Shown here: positions 36,734-45,305 of the stretch, piece by piece
Layout: each line of letters opens with the position of its first letter
Numbering within the stretch: the first letter of the stretch is position 1
NCBI RefSeq assembly: GCF_024700885.2
Contig: NZ_CP117014.1
Length of the DNA stretch: 64,000 nucleotides
Reading direction: 5' to 3' (one strand)
Source: Escherichia coli
Lineage (GTDB): Bacteria; Pseudomonadota; Gammaproteobacteria; Enterobacterales; Enterobacteriaceae
The notes under the pieces: generated by a model
Seen by the model: the letters and a program-made list of their open reading frames with translations, nothing else
Databases searched by the model: none
Told to the model about the DNA's origin: nothing
Position numbers and translations under genes: made by a program

Positions 36734-37027
36734 ATGAGTCAAGGTAATGGTGACGGAGCTGCAAAGTGCAGAATCTCCACTTGTTTGATTAATGACAAAA
36801 AAATAGAACCGTGCGCGGCGTTGGCACAATCTCTGGAGAAGGATGCTGAATACACGACGCGGAAAGGTCTGCTGAAATACAAAATCTATAACCATGAATT
36901 AATTCATTCACAAGACCTGATCATGCTGCGGTCTGGTGAATTTTCTAAATCGCCTATTCGAGTTTCATTTTGCCCATTCTGTGGTGAAAGTCTGAAAACG
37001 TGGGAAGCGGAGGCAACCAGTGAATAA
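36734..37027 (+). CDS. hypothetical zinc-ribbon protein
   Basis: 97 aa with a CxxC element (FCPFCGESL). Confidence 0.35.
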   Translation: MSQGNGDGAAKCRISTCLINDKKIEPCAALAQSLEKDAEYTTRKGLLKYKIYNHELIHSQDLIMLRSGEFSKSPIRVSFCPFCGESLKTWEAEATSE

Positions 37028-37664
37028 CCGCTTTTACATGATGTGCTTGCGTGAAACTGTGGGTAATAACGCCTCATTCCATTGCCATAACGGCAATGGT
37101 TACAGTTCTGATATCGATCGCGCTCATATTTACACGCTGGAAGAAGCCCAAAAAGCCTGGAATTGTGGGCGAGATATCGATCAGCCTGTTTGTGCCGATA
37201 GTGTGGATGCAATGGCTGTGTGGCACGTTGATTGCCAGTACATCCCTACAGAAAGCCTGATTGAGTCAGATTGCACTGAGTATGTGGCCTACAAAAAAGG
37301 TAGCTGGAACGGCAACGATGTTTACTGGCTTCAACACGGTGGATTGCCAACAGATGACTTCAGTAAAGCGACCATCTTTAGCTTCGCCAACAAAAACGAA
37401 CCAGGAATAGTTTGGTTGCCATTTTCCATTGCTGATGCAGCAAAGCGCCGGACGTTCAATATCAATAACTTTAACCGCAGAACAATGGTTCAGGGCGCAG
37501 GTTTGGTCATGCCTGACTGGTTGAAAGAGCAGAACAGAAGAAAGAAGTCGCGAAGCGGGAAGGTGCGTTGGAATTGTCCGCATTGCGGAAAAATAACCTG
37601 GCAGTACAGCCCATATGATTTTGAAGGCTGTCGTGATTACAACTGTGAAGGATGGCGAGAATGA
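37020..37664 (+). CDS. hypothetical protein with C-terminal Cys cluster
   Basis: 214 aa containing WNCPHCGKITW..CRDYNCEGW. Confidence 0.4.
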   Translation: MNNRFYMMCLRETVGNNASFHCHNGNGYSSDIDRAHIYTLEEAQKAWNCGRDIDQPVCADSVDAMAVWHVDCQYIPTESLIESDCTEYVAYKKGSWNGNDVYWLQHGGLPTDDFSKATIFSFANKNEPGIVWLPFSIADAAKRRTFNINNFNRRTMVQGAGLVMPDWLKEQNRRKKSRSGKVRWNCPHCGKITWQYSPYDFEGCRDYNCEGWRE

Positions 37665-38374
37665 CAATTGACTATCAGGTACTGCGTGAGGCGGCAGAAA
37701 AGGCAACACCAGACGAATGGGTCGCATTTATTTCGACGGATACTGGTACTTATGCGGTGCACACGCCCGGTGATGAACGATGTGAAGACGTTATCAAATG
37801 GACCGGCTTTGATGGACAGAAAAATGCAGAGAACAACGCTCGTTATGTTGCCGCGTTCAACCCAAAGGTTGCACTGGAGCTTCTTGGTGAAATTAAGCGC
37901 CTGGAGGACACAAATATTGATGCTATGTGTCGAATTGCAGAGCTTGAGACTAATCTCGCGGCGCTGGCGGCGGAGAATGAACTGGCTCGTAAGGCAGTTC
38001 AGGCATTCTGCGATGTTGTTGGCGACAACACCGAGGTTATCGCTGAGGAGGTTGGGCGAGATGGCGTTCTGGTTATTTTGGAGGCCATGAAGGCAACAGG
38101 AAATATGCCAGCCACCGATGCTTTTCTGGCTGAAATTCGTGCGGAAGCACGCAACGAGGGAGTTAACTATACCGCCAGCCGTCTTGCTGCTGCGTTCAAT
38201 CACGGATTTATCAATAAGTCTTTGCGTGAAGTTTTCGACGTTACACGCATGATTTTGTCAGCGAAAGAAGAGTTGGCTAATGAAGCGCATCCGATTGATG
38301 GCCTGTCTGGTGAATATGCGGAGAAATCCCTTGAAGAATGGGCGGAACAGATTCGCAAAGGAGCTGACAAGTGA
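37652..38374 (+). CDS. Ead/Ea22-like family protein
   Basis: The N-terminal YQVLREAAEKATPDEW..AAFNPKVALELLGEIKRLE is the pattern I associate with ead/Ea22-like proteins. Confidence 0.5.
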   Translation: MARMTIDYQVLREAAEKATPDEWVAFISTDTGTYAVHTPGDERCEDVIKWTGFDGQKNAENNARYVAAFNPKVALELLGEIKRLEDTNIDAMCRIAELETNLAALAAENELARKAVQAFCDVVGDNTEVIAEEVGRDGVLVILEAMKATGNMPATDAFLAEIRAEARNEGVNYTASRLAAAFNHGFINKSLREVFDVTRMILSAKEELANEAHPIDGLSGEYAEKSLEEWAEQIRKGADK

Positions 38375-38781
38375 AGAAGATGATTTTTATCGCGGCATTG
38401 TTGGTGAATATCCAACAAGTGCATGCTTCAGCAGCTATTGTAGCCTCTACCGCCGCGACTACGGCTGCTGTAGCTGCTGCGAACTCTGCGAATATCGCAA
38501 ACCAACAGGCACAGCGTGCTGCTAATGCATCAGCCAGCGTTCACTCAATCACCATTAAGAGCAGTAAGCAAAATCTGGGATTCATAACGTGCGGCACGCG
38601 TTCTAATGAAGCTGTAGGTTCACTTGGATGTACGGTATATGGGGGTAGTGAGAATAGAGAAATTCCATGGAAAACGTGGCCCGGATACGTTCTTGGCTCG
38701 AAGCTCCCGGCCAGTTATGAAGTAAACGCCGTATCGTTTGATCACTATAACGGCGTGGCAACGGTCTATTTTGCATATTGA
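38371..38781 (+). CDS. predicted secreted protein with Ala/Thr-rich N-terminal region
   Basis: Signal-like MKKMIFIAALLVNIQQVHA, followed by a low-complexity AATTAAVAAANSAN stretch. Confidence 0.4.
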   Translation: MKKMIFIAALLVNIQQVHASAAIVASTAATTAAVAAANSANIANQQAQRAANASASVHSITIKSSKQNLGFITCGTRSNEAVGSLGCTVYGGSENREIPWKTWPGYVLGSKLPASYEVNAVSFDHYNGVATVYFAY

Positions 38782-38788
38782 GGCCCGC

Positions 38789-39322
38789 ATGAAATTCTCC
38801 AAATTTTCTGAGTTGGTGAATCGTATTTTGTTGAATCGTATTTTGTCCAACAACCACAGCCATCGTCGCGATATGGATGTAACGATCGTTGTTCATTCGC
38901 CTGGCAGCATTGGTTCAACACCCTCAGTTGAGGTTCAGTCAATTCACGCTGGTTTTGATTGGGATTCCGGGAAAGTGCTGATTTTCCCAGCACAGCCACT
39001 GACCACTCTAACACCAGAACAGATTACTGATATTACTGATAGTGTGCGCAAAGGTCAGTCCTGGCACGCATATCAGGAATACAAGAAGCATAAAGAGCAG
39101 TTGGAAAAATTATCGATTGAACTTGATACCGCAAAACAGCGCATTGCAGAGCTGGAGAGCAATCGCGCGGCGCTGGCGGCGGAGCATGGTATTCAGATTG
39201 CAATAAATGAACTGCTTGCTCTGGCCCCGCGTCTGGATAAACGAGCGGTGGATGCACTCTCTGTGGCTGTGGAGCACCTGTGTAAACTGATTAAGAAGGA
39301 GGCAGTCAGTGAGCAAAATTAA
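38789..39322 (+). CDS. hypothetical protein with Ea22-like coiled segment
   Basis: Starts MKFSKF at 38789 after a TGAGG RBS. Shares the IAELESNRAALAAEH module with the 37652 gene. Confidence 0.4.
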   Translation: MKFSKFSELVNRILLNRILSNNHSHRRDMDVTIVVHSPGSIGSTPSVEVQSIHAGFDWDSGKVLIFPAQPLTTLTPEQITDITDSVRKGQSWHAYQEYKKHKEQLEKLSIELDTAKQRIAELESNRAALAAEHGIQIAINELLALAPRLDKRAVDALSVAVEHLCKLIKKEAVSEQN

Positions 39323-40064
39323 TTACCAGGCACTGCGTGAGGCGGCAGAGAAAGCAACGTGGGGAGACTGGGACTCATATAAACCACACCGTGGCGCACG
39401 TGGTTATAAGGTCCGACTAAGTGGTCAGGCCATTGCGCAACACGTTCTGAAAAACAACGCTGAATTTATTGCTGCCTTTAATCCAAAGGTTGCTTTGGCA
39501 TTACTGGATGAACTGGAAAGAAACCAGCAATACATCAAACGCCGCGACCAGAAGAACGAGGATATTGCTCTTACGGTTGGGAAGCTGAGAGTTGAGCTTG
39601 AGGAAGTAAAACAACACGCTGAAGAATTATCCGAAACCAAGGCTGTTCGTAACCAATGGCGGCCAGATATTTGCCCAATAACCGGACGTGCATTTTTCAT
39701 GTGGATTGAGCATCCAACATTGGGAAATGTGCCGACATATGGTGGCCCATTAGATAGTTACACCATTCCAACAAAGGACGGTGACGGTGAGTTTTCATGT
39801 GAGCGTTACGATCATGATTTTGGCGGTTGGGTAGAAAGCGAATGTCTTGGGTTATATCTGATTGATGATAGAGAACAATGCAGGGTCTACGAACTGGAGG
39901 AGCGCGTTAAGGAACTGGATGCTCGGGAAATATCGCTCCCGGAACGTAGCAGCATGCTTCATCGAACAGATTTTCACGATGATTACCAAACGGTAATGGC
40001 ATACAAAGTTTCTGAAGTCATCGATGCAATCCGCGCTACTGGCATTCGCATCAAAGGAGAGTGA
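39309..40064 (+). CDS. Ead/Ea22-like family protein
   Basis: SKINYQALREAAEKATWGDW..AAFNPKVALALLDELERNQ; the start codon is GTG. Confidence 0.5.
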   Translation: MSKINYQALREAAEKATWGDWDSYKPHRGARGYKVRLSGQAIAQHVLKNNAEFIAAFNPKVALALLDELERNQQYIKRRDQKNEDIALTVGKLRVELEEVKQHAEELSETKAVRNQWRPDICPITGRAFFMWIEHPTLGNVPTYGGPLDSYTIPTKDGDGEFSCERYDHDFGGWVESECLGLYLIDDREQCRVYELEERVKELDAREISLPERSSMLHRTDFHDDYQTVMAYKVSEVIDAIRATGIRIKGE

Positions 40065-40065
40065 G

Positions 40066-40476
40066 ATGAACGCTATAACCAAAGAACGTATCAAATTATT
40101 CATTAAAAATCCGCTTGATAACGGACTTACTCGTGGCGAACAAATGGAACTGGCACGAATTGCTCTGGCATCGCTGGAAGCAGAGGCAGTTATGTTCTGT
40201 ATATCAGGACAAAATGTAGATTCAGAAGAACATGTATCAACCAGCAAAGCGGTTGTTGATGCCTGGGTTGAAGAATGGAATCAGGTTGACGGAAGTCCTG
40301 GCGAACCACTGTACAAAACTATGCCACTCTACTATCACGCTGCCTTGCCAGCGCCGGTAGTGCCGGATGAAATGTATTGGCAGGATGCGCCAGTTGAAGG
40401 CAGCAGCAAAGCGGCTGCATACGCTACAGGCTGGAACGCCTGCCGCGCCGCTATGCTTCATGGGAAAGGAGAGTGA
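40066..40476 (+). CDS. short paralog of the 506-aa early protein
   Basis: MNAITKERIKLFIKNPLDNGLTRGEQMELARIALASLEAE is nearly identical to the N terminus of the 40752 gene. The LPAPVVPDE and WNACRAAML modules are also shared. Confidence 0.5.
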   Translation: MNAITKERIKLFIKNPLDNGLTRGEQMELARIALASLEAEAVMFCISGQNVDSEEHVSTSKAVVDAWVEEWNQVDGSPGEPLYKTMPLYYHAALPAPVVPDEMYWQDAPVEGSSKAAAYATGWNACRAAMLHGKGE

Positions 40477-40477
40477 T

Positions 40478-40741
40478 ATGGCAACTTTAACAAAAAAAGA
40501 ACGGGCATGGTTGAACGAATTACAGGACGTTCTTGATCGCTGTCCATCACCGAAAAAAATTGGTTTTTACACCATTGGCGATAAAAGCATTTACCTGTAT
40601 GACCTGCGCCGCATGGATGAAATCATGGAGACTCTTGATAATCGTTCGTCGATGGATTGGTGTGTTGCTGTTCATGATATGAATGCAGGGTTTGATGAAA
40701 AGATTTTGTTCCCCTCATCAGTTGAAAGCACTGCGGGTTAA
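40478..40741 (+). CDS. hypothetical protein
   Basis: The likely start is MATLTKKERAW at 40478 after an aaaggagag RBS. The track ORF starts upstream, inside the previous gene. Confidence 0.4.
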   Translation: MATLTKKERAWLNELQDVLDRCPSPKKIGFYTIGDKSIYLYDLRRMDEIMETLDNRSSMDWCVAVHDMNAGFDEKILFPSSVESTAG

Positions 40742-40751
40742 GGAGTAACAC

Positions 40752-42272
40752 ATGACCACTATTACCAAAGAACGTATTGAATTGTTCATTAAAAATCCGC
40801 TTGAAAACGGGCTTACCCGTGGTGAACAAATGGAACTGGCACGGATTGCGCTGGCATCGCTGGAAGCAGATCCAGTTAAACGAGTTAACTCAGATCAGAT
40901 GCGCCGAGTCTGCTTAGAAGCTAATCGCCATTTAGATAAATATGACGCGATGGCGAAAGAGGTAAATAAGTTGCTTGGACGCATCGCCCCGCCAGCGCCG
41001 GTAGTGCCGGAAGAAGCAACTCCGGAAAACGTAGAAATGCTCTCTGGCTATGTTTCCACGTACAAATTAACCGATAGCGAGCGCGATATTGCTGCCGAAA
41101 TATGGAACGCCTGCCGCACCGCCATGCTTCAGTCCGGAAACTTTCGGGAAAGCAAGAATTCGTCAACCAATAATTTTCGGGAAATCGCGGAAACGTCAAC
41201 CAACTATCCGGTAATTCCTAGTGAGGTGTTGTCAGCAATCCTGAAGTTTGCCAGAGTTCGTGCCGATTTCGATGATTTTGACGGTGACAGGCGAGGTATC
41301 GGTGATTGTCTGGATGAGGCCGAGCAAGAGCTTATCGTTACCATTAACAAATATGCCAGTCAGTTGGCAGCAGAACCGATAGCGACTAATGACGTTCGAG
41401 AGCAAACAGCCGTTCCGCCAATACAGGCTGATGTCGCGCAAGCAATTGAAAATCTCAAGCAGAAGTTAGTGGAATGCAATCGCTATAACTACTGCGCAGA
41501 TGCAGTTAAAGGCGTAGAGGATGCCAGCCGCGTCTTGGCACTCCAAAATCAAAATATGTCAGCACCGGTAACGCCGGAGGCCATTGAAAACGCAATTGAA
41601 TATATCCGCAGTATCGCTTTTCACATCGATGAAGACGATTACCACGGCAAGCATATTGCGTATTTCATGCGACAAGCATTGGCCTGGCTGGAAGGGCATT
41701 CATGCAGCGACGACAGGCTGGGTAAGGCCGACAATCAACCCGCATCTGGTAACCAGTCTGCCGAATCCAATCGCGGTAATGAGTGGACCGGCAATCCTGA
41801 TATTGATAACGCCATCATCATGCTCGACCGCATAGATACGGCGGAAAGTTGCGATGATGACCGTATTGAGGCCGTTAAGGCTGTGTTGCGTAGACTGGCA
41901 GGCAACTATCCGGATATTCCGGATAGTTCGGTGCCAGCGCCAGGAAAGGGCGTCACCGGTGAACGTATCCGCATTAAGCCGCATGTTTATCGCGAACTGG
42001 TTAACCGTCTCCACGATACAGCGATCAAGTGTGCTGGCACCCAGCAATTACGAGAAAGAATTAGCCGTGTTTTGGGCGACGTTATTACACCAGATCATCA
42101 TAAACAAGCCGAGAAAAGTGGCCTGGAAAGGTGTCGCCTTGAGGCGGCATTAAACATTAAGCCGGGGCATACGCTTGGCATTATTGATGCACTATTGGTT
42201 CATAAGATGGCCAGGGCTTTATTGCCGCTGGTGGCTGAAAAGCATGAGGTGGACCATGCCAACGAAAGCTGA
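40752..42272 (+). CDS. large mosaic early protein
   Basis: 506 aa. The N terminus is paralogous to the 40066 gene. Its C-terminal KPHVYRELVNRLHDTAIKCAGTQQLRERISRVL resembles the segment APHIYRELVNALRDIAAVYHGTEQLRERLAHTI of the 33025 product. Confidence 0.5.
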   Translation: MTTITKERIELFIKNPLENGLTRGEQMELARIALASLEADPVKRVNSDQMRRVCLEANRHLDKYDAMAKEVNKLLGRIAPPAPVVPEEATPENVEMLSGYVSTYKLTDSERDIAAEIWNACRTAMLQSGNFRESKNSSTNNFREIAETSTNYPVIPSEVLSAILKFARVRADFDDFDGDRRGIGDCLDEAEQELIVTINKYASQLAAEPIATNDVREQTAVPPIQADVAQAIENLKQKLVECNRYNYCADAVKGVEDASRVLALQNQNMSAPVTPEAIENAIEYIRSIAFHIDEDDYHGKHIAYFMRQALAWLEGHSCSDDRLGKADNQPASGNQSAESNRGNEWTGNPDIDNAIIMLDRIDTAESCDDDRIEAVKAVLRRLAGNYPDIPDSSVPAPGKGVTGERIRIKPHVYRELVNRLHDTAIKCAGTQQLRERISRVLGDVITPDHHKQAEKSGLERCRLEAALNIKPGHTLGIIDALLVHKMARALLPLVAEKHEVDHANES

Positions 42273-42540
42273 ATTACAGGTGCGCGTAGATGAGCTTGAA
42301 AAAGAGAACGCGAGCCTCAAAAAAATGCTGTCGCGGGCGGAAAGGGAATTATCAGGCAAATTATTGCCAGAAGAACTGCCACCAGCAGATATACCTGATC
42401 GAGTGTCCTGGTGGATGAAGTATTTCCGTGCACCGTGGGAGGCGTTTTGGTGCTACGACCATCGCAGATGGTGTGATGAGCTTGATAGCAGTTTCCCCTA
42501 TTTTGCAGAAGGGAACTCTTGCCCTGAATGTAGGCGTTAA
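42256..42540 (+). CDS. hypothetical coiled-coil/Cys-His protein (tandem paralog 1)
   Basis: Starts MPTKAELQ after a gaggtgg RBS. The C-terminal module is PWEAFWCYDHRRWCDELDSSFPYFAEGNSCPECRR. Confidence 0.45.
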   Translation: MPTKAELQVRVDELEKENASLKKMLSRAERELSGKLLPEELPPADIPDRVSWWMKYFRAPWEAFWCYDHRRWCDELDSSFPYFAEGNSCPECRR

Positions 42541-42845
42541 TGATGACCGGCGAGCTTTATTTTAAAATGGCACGGGAGCGGCGTGTGCATCTGGATCGGA
42601 TATTTCATCTCCAGAAGAGAGTAGAAGAACTGGAACGTCGTCTGAACTGTTATCCTGTTGATATGGTGTCTGCAATACCGCCGATTCCAATAGAAATGCA
42701 GATCCGCCTATGGATGGAAGAATATGGAATGCCGTGGGAGATATTTTTCTGCTTCGACCATAAACAGTGGGTAGATGAGCTGGATAATAGTTTCCCATAT
42801 TTCACAGAGAACACATGCCCAGTATGCAGGAAGAACGGAATATGA
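42540..42845 (+). CDS. hypothetical coiled-coil/Cys-His protein (tandem paralog 2)
   Basis: The C-terminal module PWEIFFCFDHKQWVDELDNSFPYFTENTCPVCRK is paralogous to that of the previous gene. Confidence 0.45.
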   Translation: MMTGELYFKMARERRVHLDRIFHLQKRVEELERRLNCYPVDMVSAIPPIPIEMQIRLWMEEYGMPWEIFFCFDHKQWVDELDNSFPYFTENTCPVCRKNGI

Positions 42846-43366
42846 CAAAATTTGGAAAGCTGGAAGCTCATTTGCTAACTCGCAACTACCGCCATGATAT
42901 ACACCCATATAGACAGTGGATCGATGAAAGCGAAGGAGTAGTTACATTCCCTCTCTACAGGTTTGATGGGATGTTGGCTGGGTATCAGACATATAGACCA
43001 GGTGCACCTAAGCAGCATAGCAATCCGAAGATGGCCCGGTATTTCACGCGATCACACGGCAGACAGTTACTTTGGGGAACCTATCTTCCTTTAAAAGATG
43101 GCCCAATATGGATAACTGAGTCTATTTTTAAGAGCGCAGCTGTACACAACGCGGGCGGCAATTCGTGGGCGCTGTTAGGTTCAACTTTCTCCGCAGGATT
43201 ACGCCGTCAACTTGCGATGCTGCCGTATGACTTTCGCGTAATAGGTGACAATGATGCGGCTGGTGAATCACTTGTGAAGTCTTTCGGAAAAGGTTTTGTG
43301 GCCCCGGATCTTGACGAGCTACAACCACATGAAGTGTCTCATTTGATTTTTAGCCATAGCCAATAA
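42842..43366 (+). CDS. Toprim-domain protein (primase-like fragment)
   Basis: The ATGA overlaps the previous stop. Toprim-like acidic motifs are present (WITESIFKSAA ... VIGDNDAAGE). Confidence 0.5.
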   Translation: MTKFGKLEAHLLTRNYRHDIHPYRQWIDESEGVVTFPLYRFDGMLAGYQTYRPGAPKQHSNPKMARYFTRSHGRQLLWGTYLPLKDGPIWITESIFKSAAVHNAGGNSWALLGSTFSAGLRRQLAMLPYDFRVIGDNDAAGESLVKSFGKGFVAPDLDELQPHEVSHLIFSHSQ

Positions 43367-43574
43367 GCATCTCTCCCCTTTGAGGTCACAATTAGTGGCC
43401 TTAAACAATGTGTTTTCTACCTCGATTTAGCCTTTATTATCGTTTTGCATTTCTCTAATCCGGGCAACGAGGTTACGCTGATTCGTTGGTGATGAATAGT
43501 AGCAAAGCGCACAAAATCATCTGCGGTGGTTGATGTACGTAACGCGTTTGCACCAAATGTGTCTCTTTAATGTA

Positions 43575-43594
43575 TACTGTATAAATGAACAGTA
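43575..43594. promoter_or_regulatory. LexA (SOS) box upstream of humD
   Basis: TACTGTATAAATGAACAGTA fits CTG-N10-CAG, 20 nt upstream of the humD ATG. Confidence 0.7.
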
Positions 43595-43613
43595 TTATTG
43601 AGGTGAAAACGCT

Positions 43614-44003
43614 ATGGGCTTCCCTTCTCCTGCGGCGGACTATGTTGAAAGCCGAATTTCTCTTGATCAGCAACTAATCAGGCATCCATCAGCGACATAC
43701 TTCATGCGGGCGGCAGACAGCCATCACCGTGAGGGAATATTGCAGGGTGCTTTGCTGGTGGTTGATTCTTCGCTTACTCCAGTTGATGGTTCGCTGCTTG
43801 TGTGCGCTATGGAGGGAGAATATCGCGTAAAAAGATACCGGAAGTATCCGCGCCAGCACCTGGAGGATTTAAGCACCGGGAAGAAAGAGGCGTTACCAGT
43901 AGATGACGATGGTTACACGGGTAGTAATGCTGTTTTTGGTGTGATCACCCACATTATCAATGACGCCAGGGGCGGTGAATTTGATGATAGTCCTGCTATA
44001 TGA
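43614..44003 (+). CDS. humD: UmuD'-like protein HumD
   Basis: MGFPSPAADYVESRISLDQQLI..GALLVVDSSLT..GSLLVCA.EGE.R.KRYR. From memory it is close to P1 HumD. It lacks the UmuD N-terminal cleaved peptide. Confidence 0.85.
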   Translation: MGFPSPAADYVESRISLDQQLIRHPSATYFMRAADSHHREGILQGALLVVDSSLTPVDGSLLVCAMEGEYRVKRYRKYPRQHLEDLSTGKKEALPVDDDGYTGSNAVFGVITHIINDARGGEFDDSPAI

Positions 44004-44137
44004 TTTGTTTTCAGAGAAACCATAGAGAGGCATGACTGGATCTATATCGCCCTGGCCATTTAAATGATTCCTCCCATTAGACGCGGTTACTCACTTGAAG
44101 ATAAGATGAGGTTATAATTCTCTTTTTAGGTACGCGA

Positions 44138-44560
44138 ATGAGTTCGTCTGCTTTTGTCACTGTTGTCACTGGAGTAAGCGTTTTTGTCCTAGGTCGACTC
44201 ATCATCAAGGGGGTTGAGTCTTACATTTCATTCAAGGAACAGTTGGGGGAAATATCGCATCTGTTATTGTCTAACCAAGCAAAGCTATCGAATCCCCGCT
44301 CTGACTTAAAACAAGAAATCATCCATGATTTGAAAGATGCGGCAGCACAGTTACGGGTGAAGTACGAACTATTACCTTTCTATATCAAAATGTTACACAT
44401 CGGTTTTCGCCTTGTTCCATCAGAAACTGAAATTCGTAAAGCGGCGCAAGAATTGAATCTGATAGCCTCGATACATGATGGTAAAACCGGAGAGCTGCCA
44501 TATGAGCACATAGCCAAGATTGGATTACTGCTCAGAATTCCAACCACTTATTCTGCTTAA
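44138..44560 (+). CDS. hypothetical membrane-anchored protein
   Basis: 140 aa with an N-terminal TM segment (SAFVTVVTGVSVFVLGRLII). Confidence 0.4.
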   Translation: MSSSAFVTVVTGVSVFVLGRLIIKGVESYISFKEQLGEISHLLLSNQAKLSNPRSDLKQEIIHDLKDAAAQLRVKYELLPFYIKMLHIGFRLVPSETEIRKAAQELNLIASIHDGKTGELPYEHIAKIGLLLRIPTTYSA

Positions 44561-44668
44561 TCCCAGCAATTGCAAGACTGCATCTCGAGGATTTAAGGCA
44601 CCAAGAAGTGGTATTCAGCATCATTAAAACCTATAATTGCGTACACATAACGAGCACACGAGGTGTTT

Positions 44669-44890
44669 ATGCAATCCATTAACTTCCGTACCGCGCGCGG
44701 CAACCTTTCTGAAGTGCTCAACAATGTTGAAGCCGGGGAAGAGGTTGAAATCACCCGCAGAGGCCGTGAGCCAGCAGTAATTGTCAGCAAGGCTACTTTT
44801 GAAGCCTACAAAAAAGCGGCGCTGGATGCCGAATTTGCATCCCTGTTTGACACCCTGGACTCCACCAACAAGGAACTGGTTAACCGATAA
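44669..44890 (+). CDS. phd: Phd antitoxin
   Basis: [73 protein letters not shown] matches P1 Phd as I remember it. Confidence 0.95.
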
Positions 44891-45270
44891 TGAGGCATAT
44901 ATCACCGGAAGAACTTATTGCGCTTCATGATGCGAATATAAGCCGCTACGGCGGCCTGCCGGGAATGTCAGATCCGGGTAGGGCAGAGGCCATTATCGGG
45001 AGAGTTCAGGCCAGAGTTGCCTACGAAGAGATCACCGACCTTTTCGAAGTCTCCGCCACCTACCTGGTGGCTACGGCGAGAGGGCATATATTCAATGATG
45101 CCAATAAGCGTACCGCGCTAAACAGTGCGCTGCTATTTCTACGCCGTAACGGTATACAGGTATATGATGATCCCGTGCTGGTGGAGCTTGCAGTGGGGGC
45201 TGCAACTGGTGAAATCCCCGTATCTTCAGTAGCGAAAAAACTACGTGAACTATATGGTTCCAATATTTGA
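44890..45270 (+). CDS. doc: Doc toxin (Fic-fold kinase)
   Basis: [34 protein letters not shown] contains the Fic-type motif H-x-F-x-D-A-N-K-R. From memory it matches P1 Doc. Confidence 0.95.
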
Positions 45271-45271
45271 A

Positions 45272-45301
45272 AAGAAGCCCGCTCAACCAGGCGGGCTTCT
45301 T
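45272..45301. terminator. bidirectional hairpin terminator after doc
   Basis: AAGAAGCCCGC-tcaaccag-GCGGGCTTCTT (11-bp stem), sitting between convergent genes. Confidence 0.6.
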
Positions 45302-45305
45302 ACTA

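Noticed and set aside
37266-38203. Minus-strand ORFs of 153 and 188 aa
   Set aside because: They are antisense to the tightly packed plus-strand early operon. They have no RBS and a Cys/Arg/Ser-rich shadow composition.
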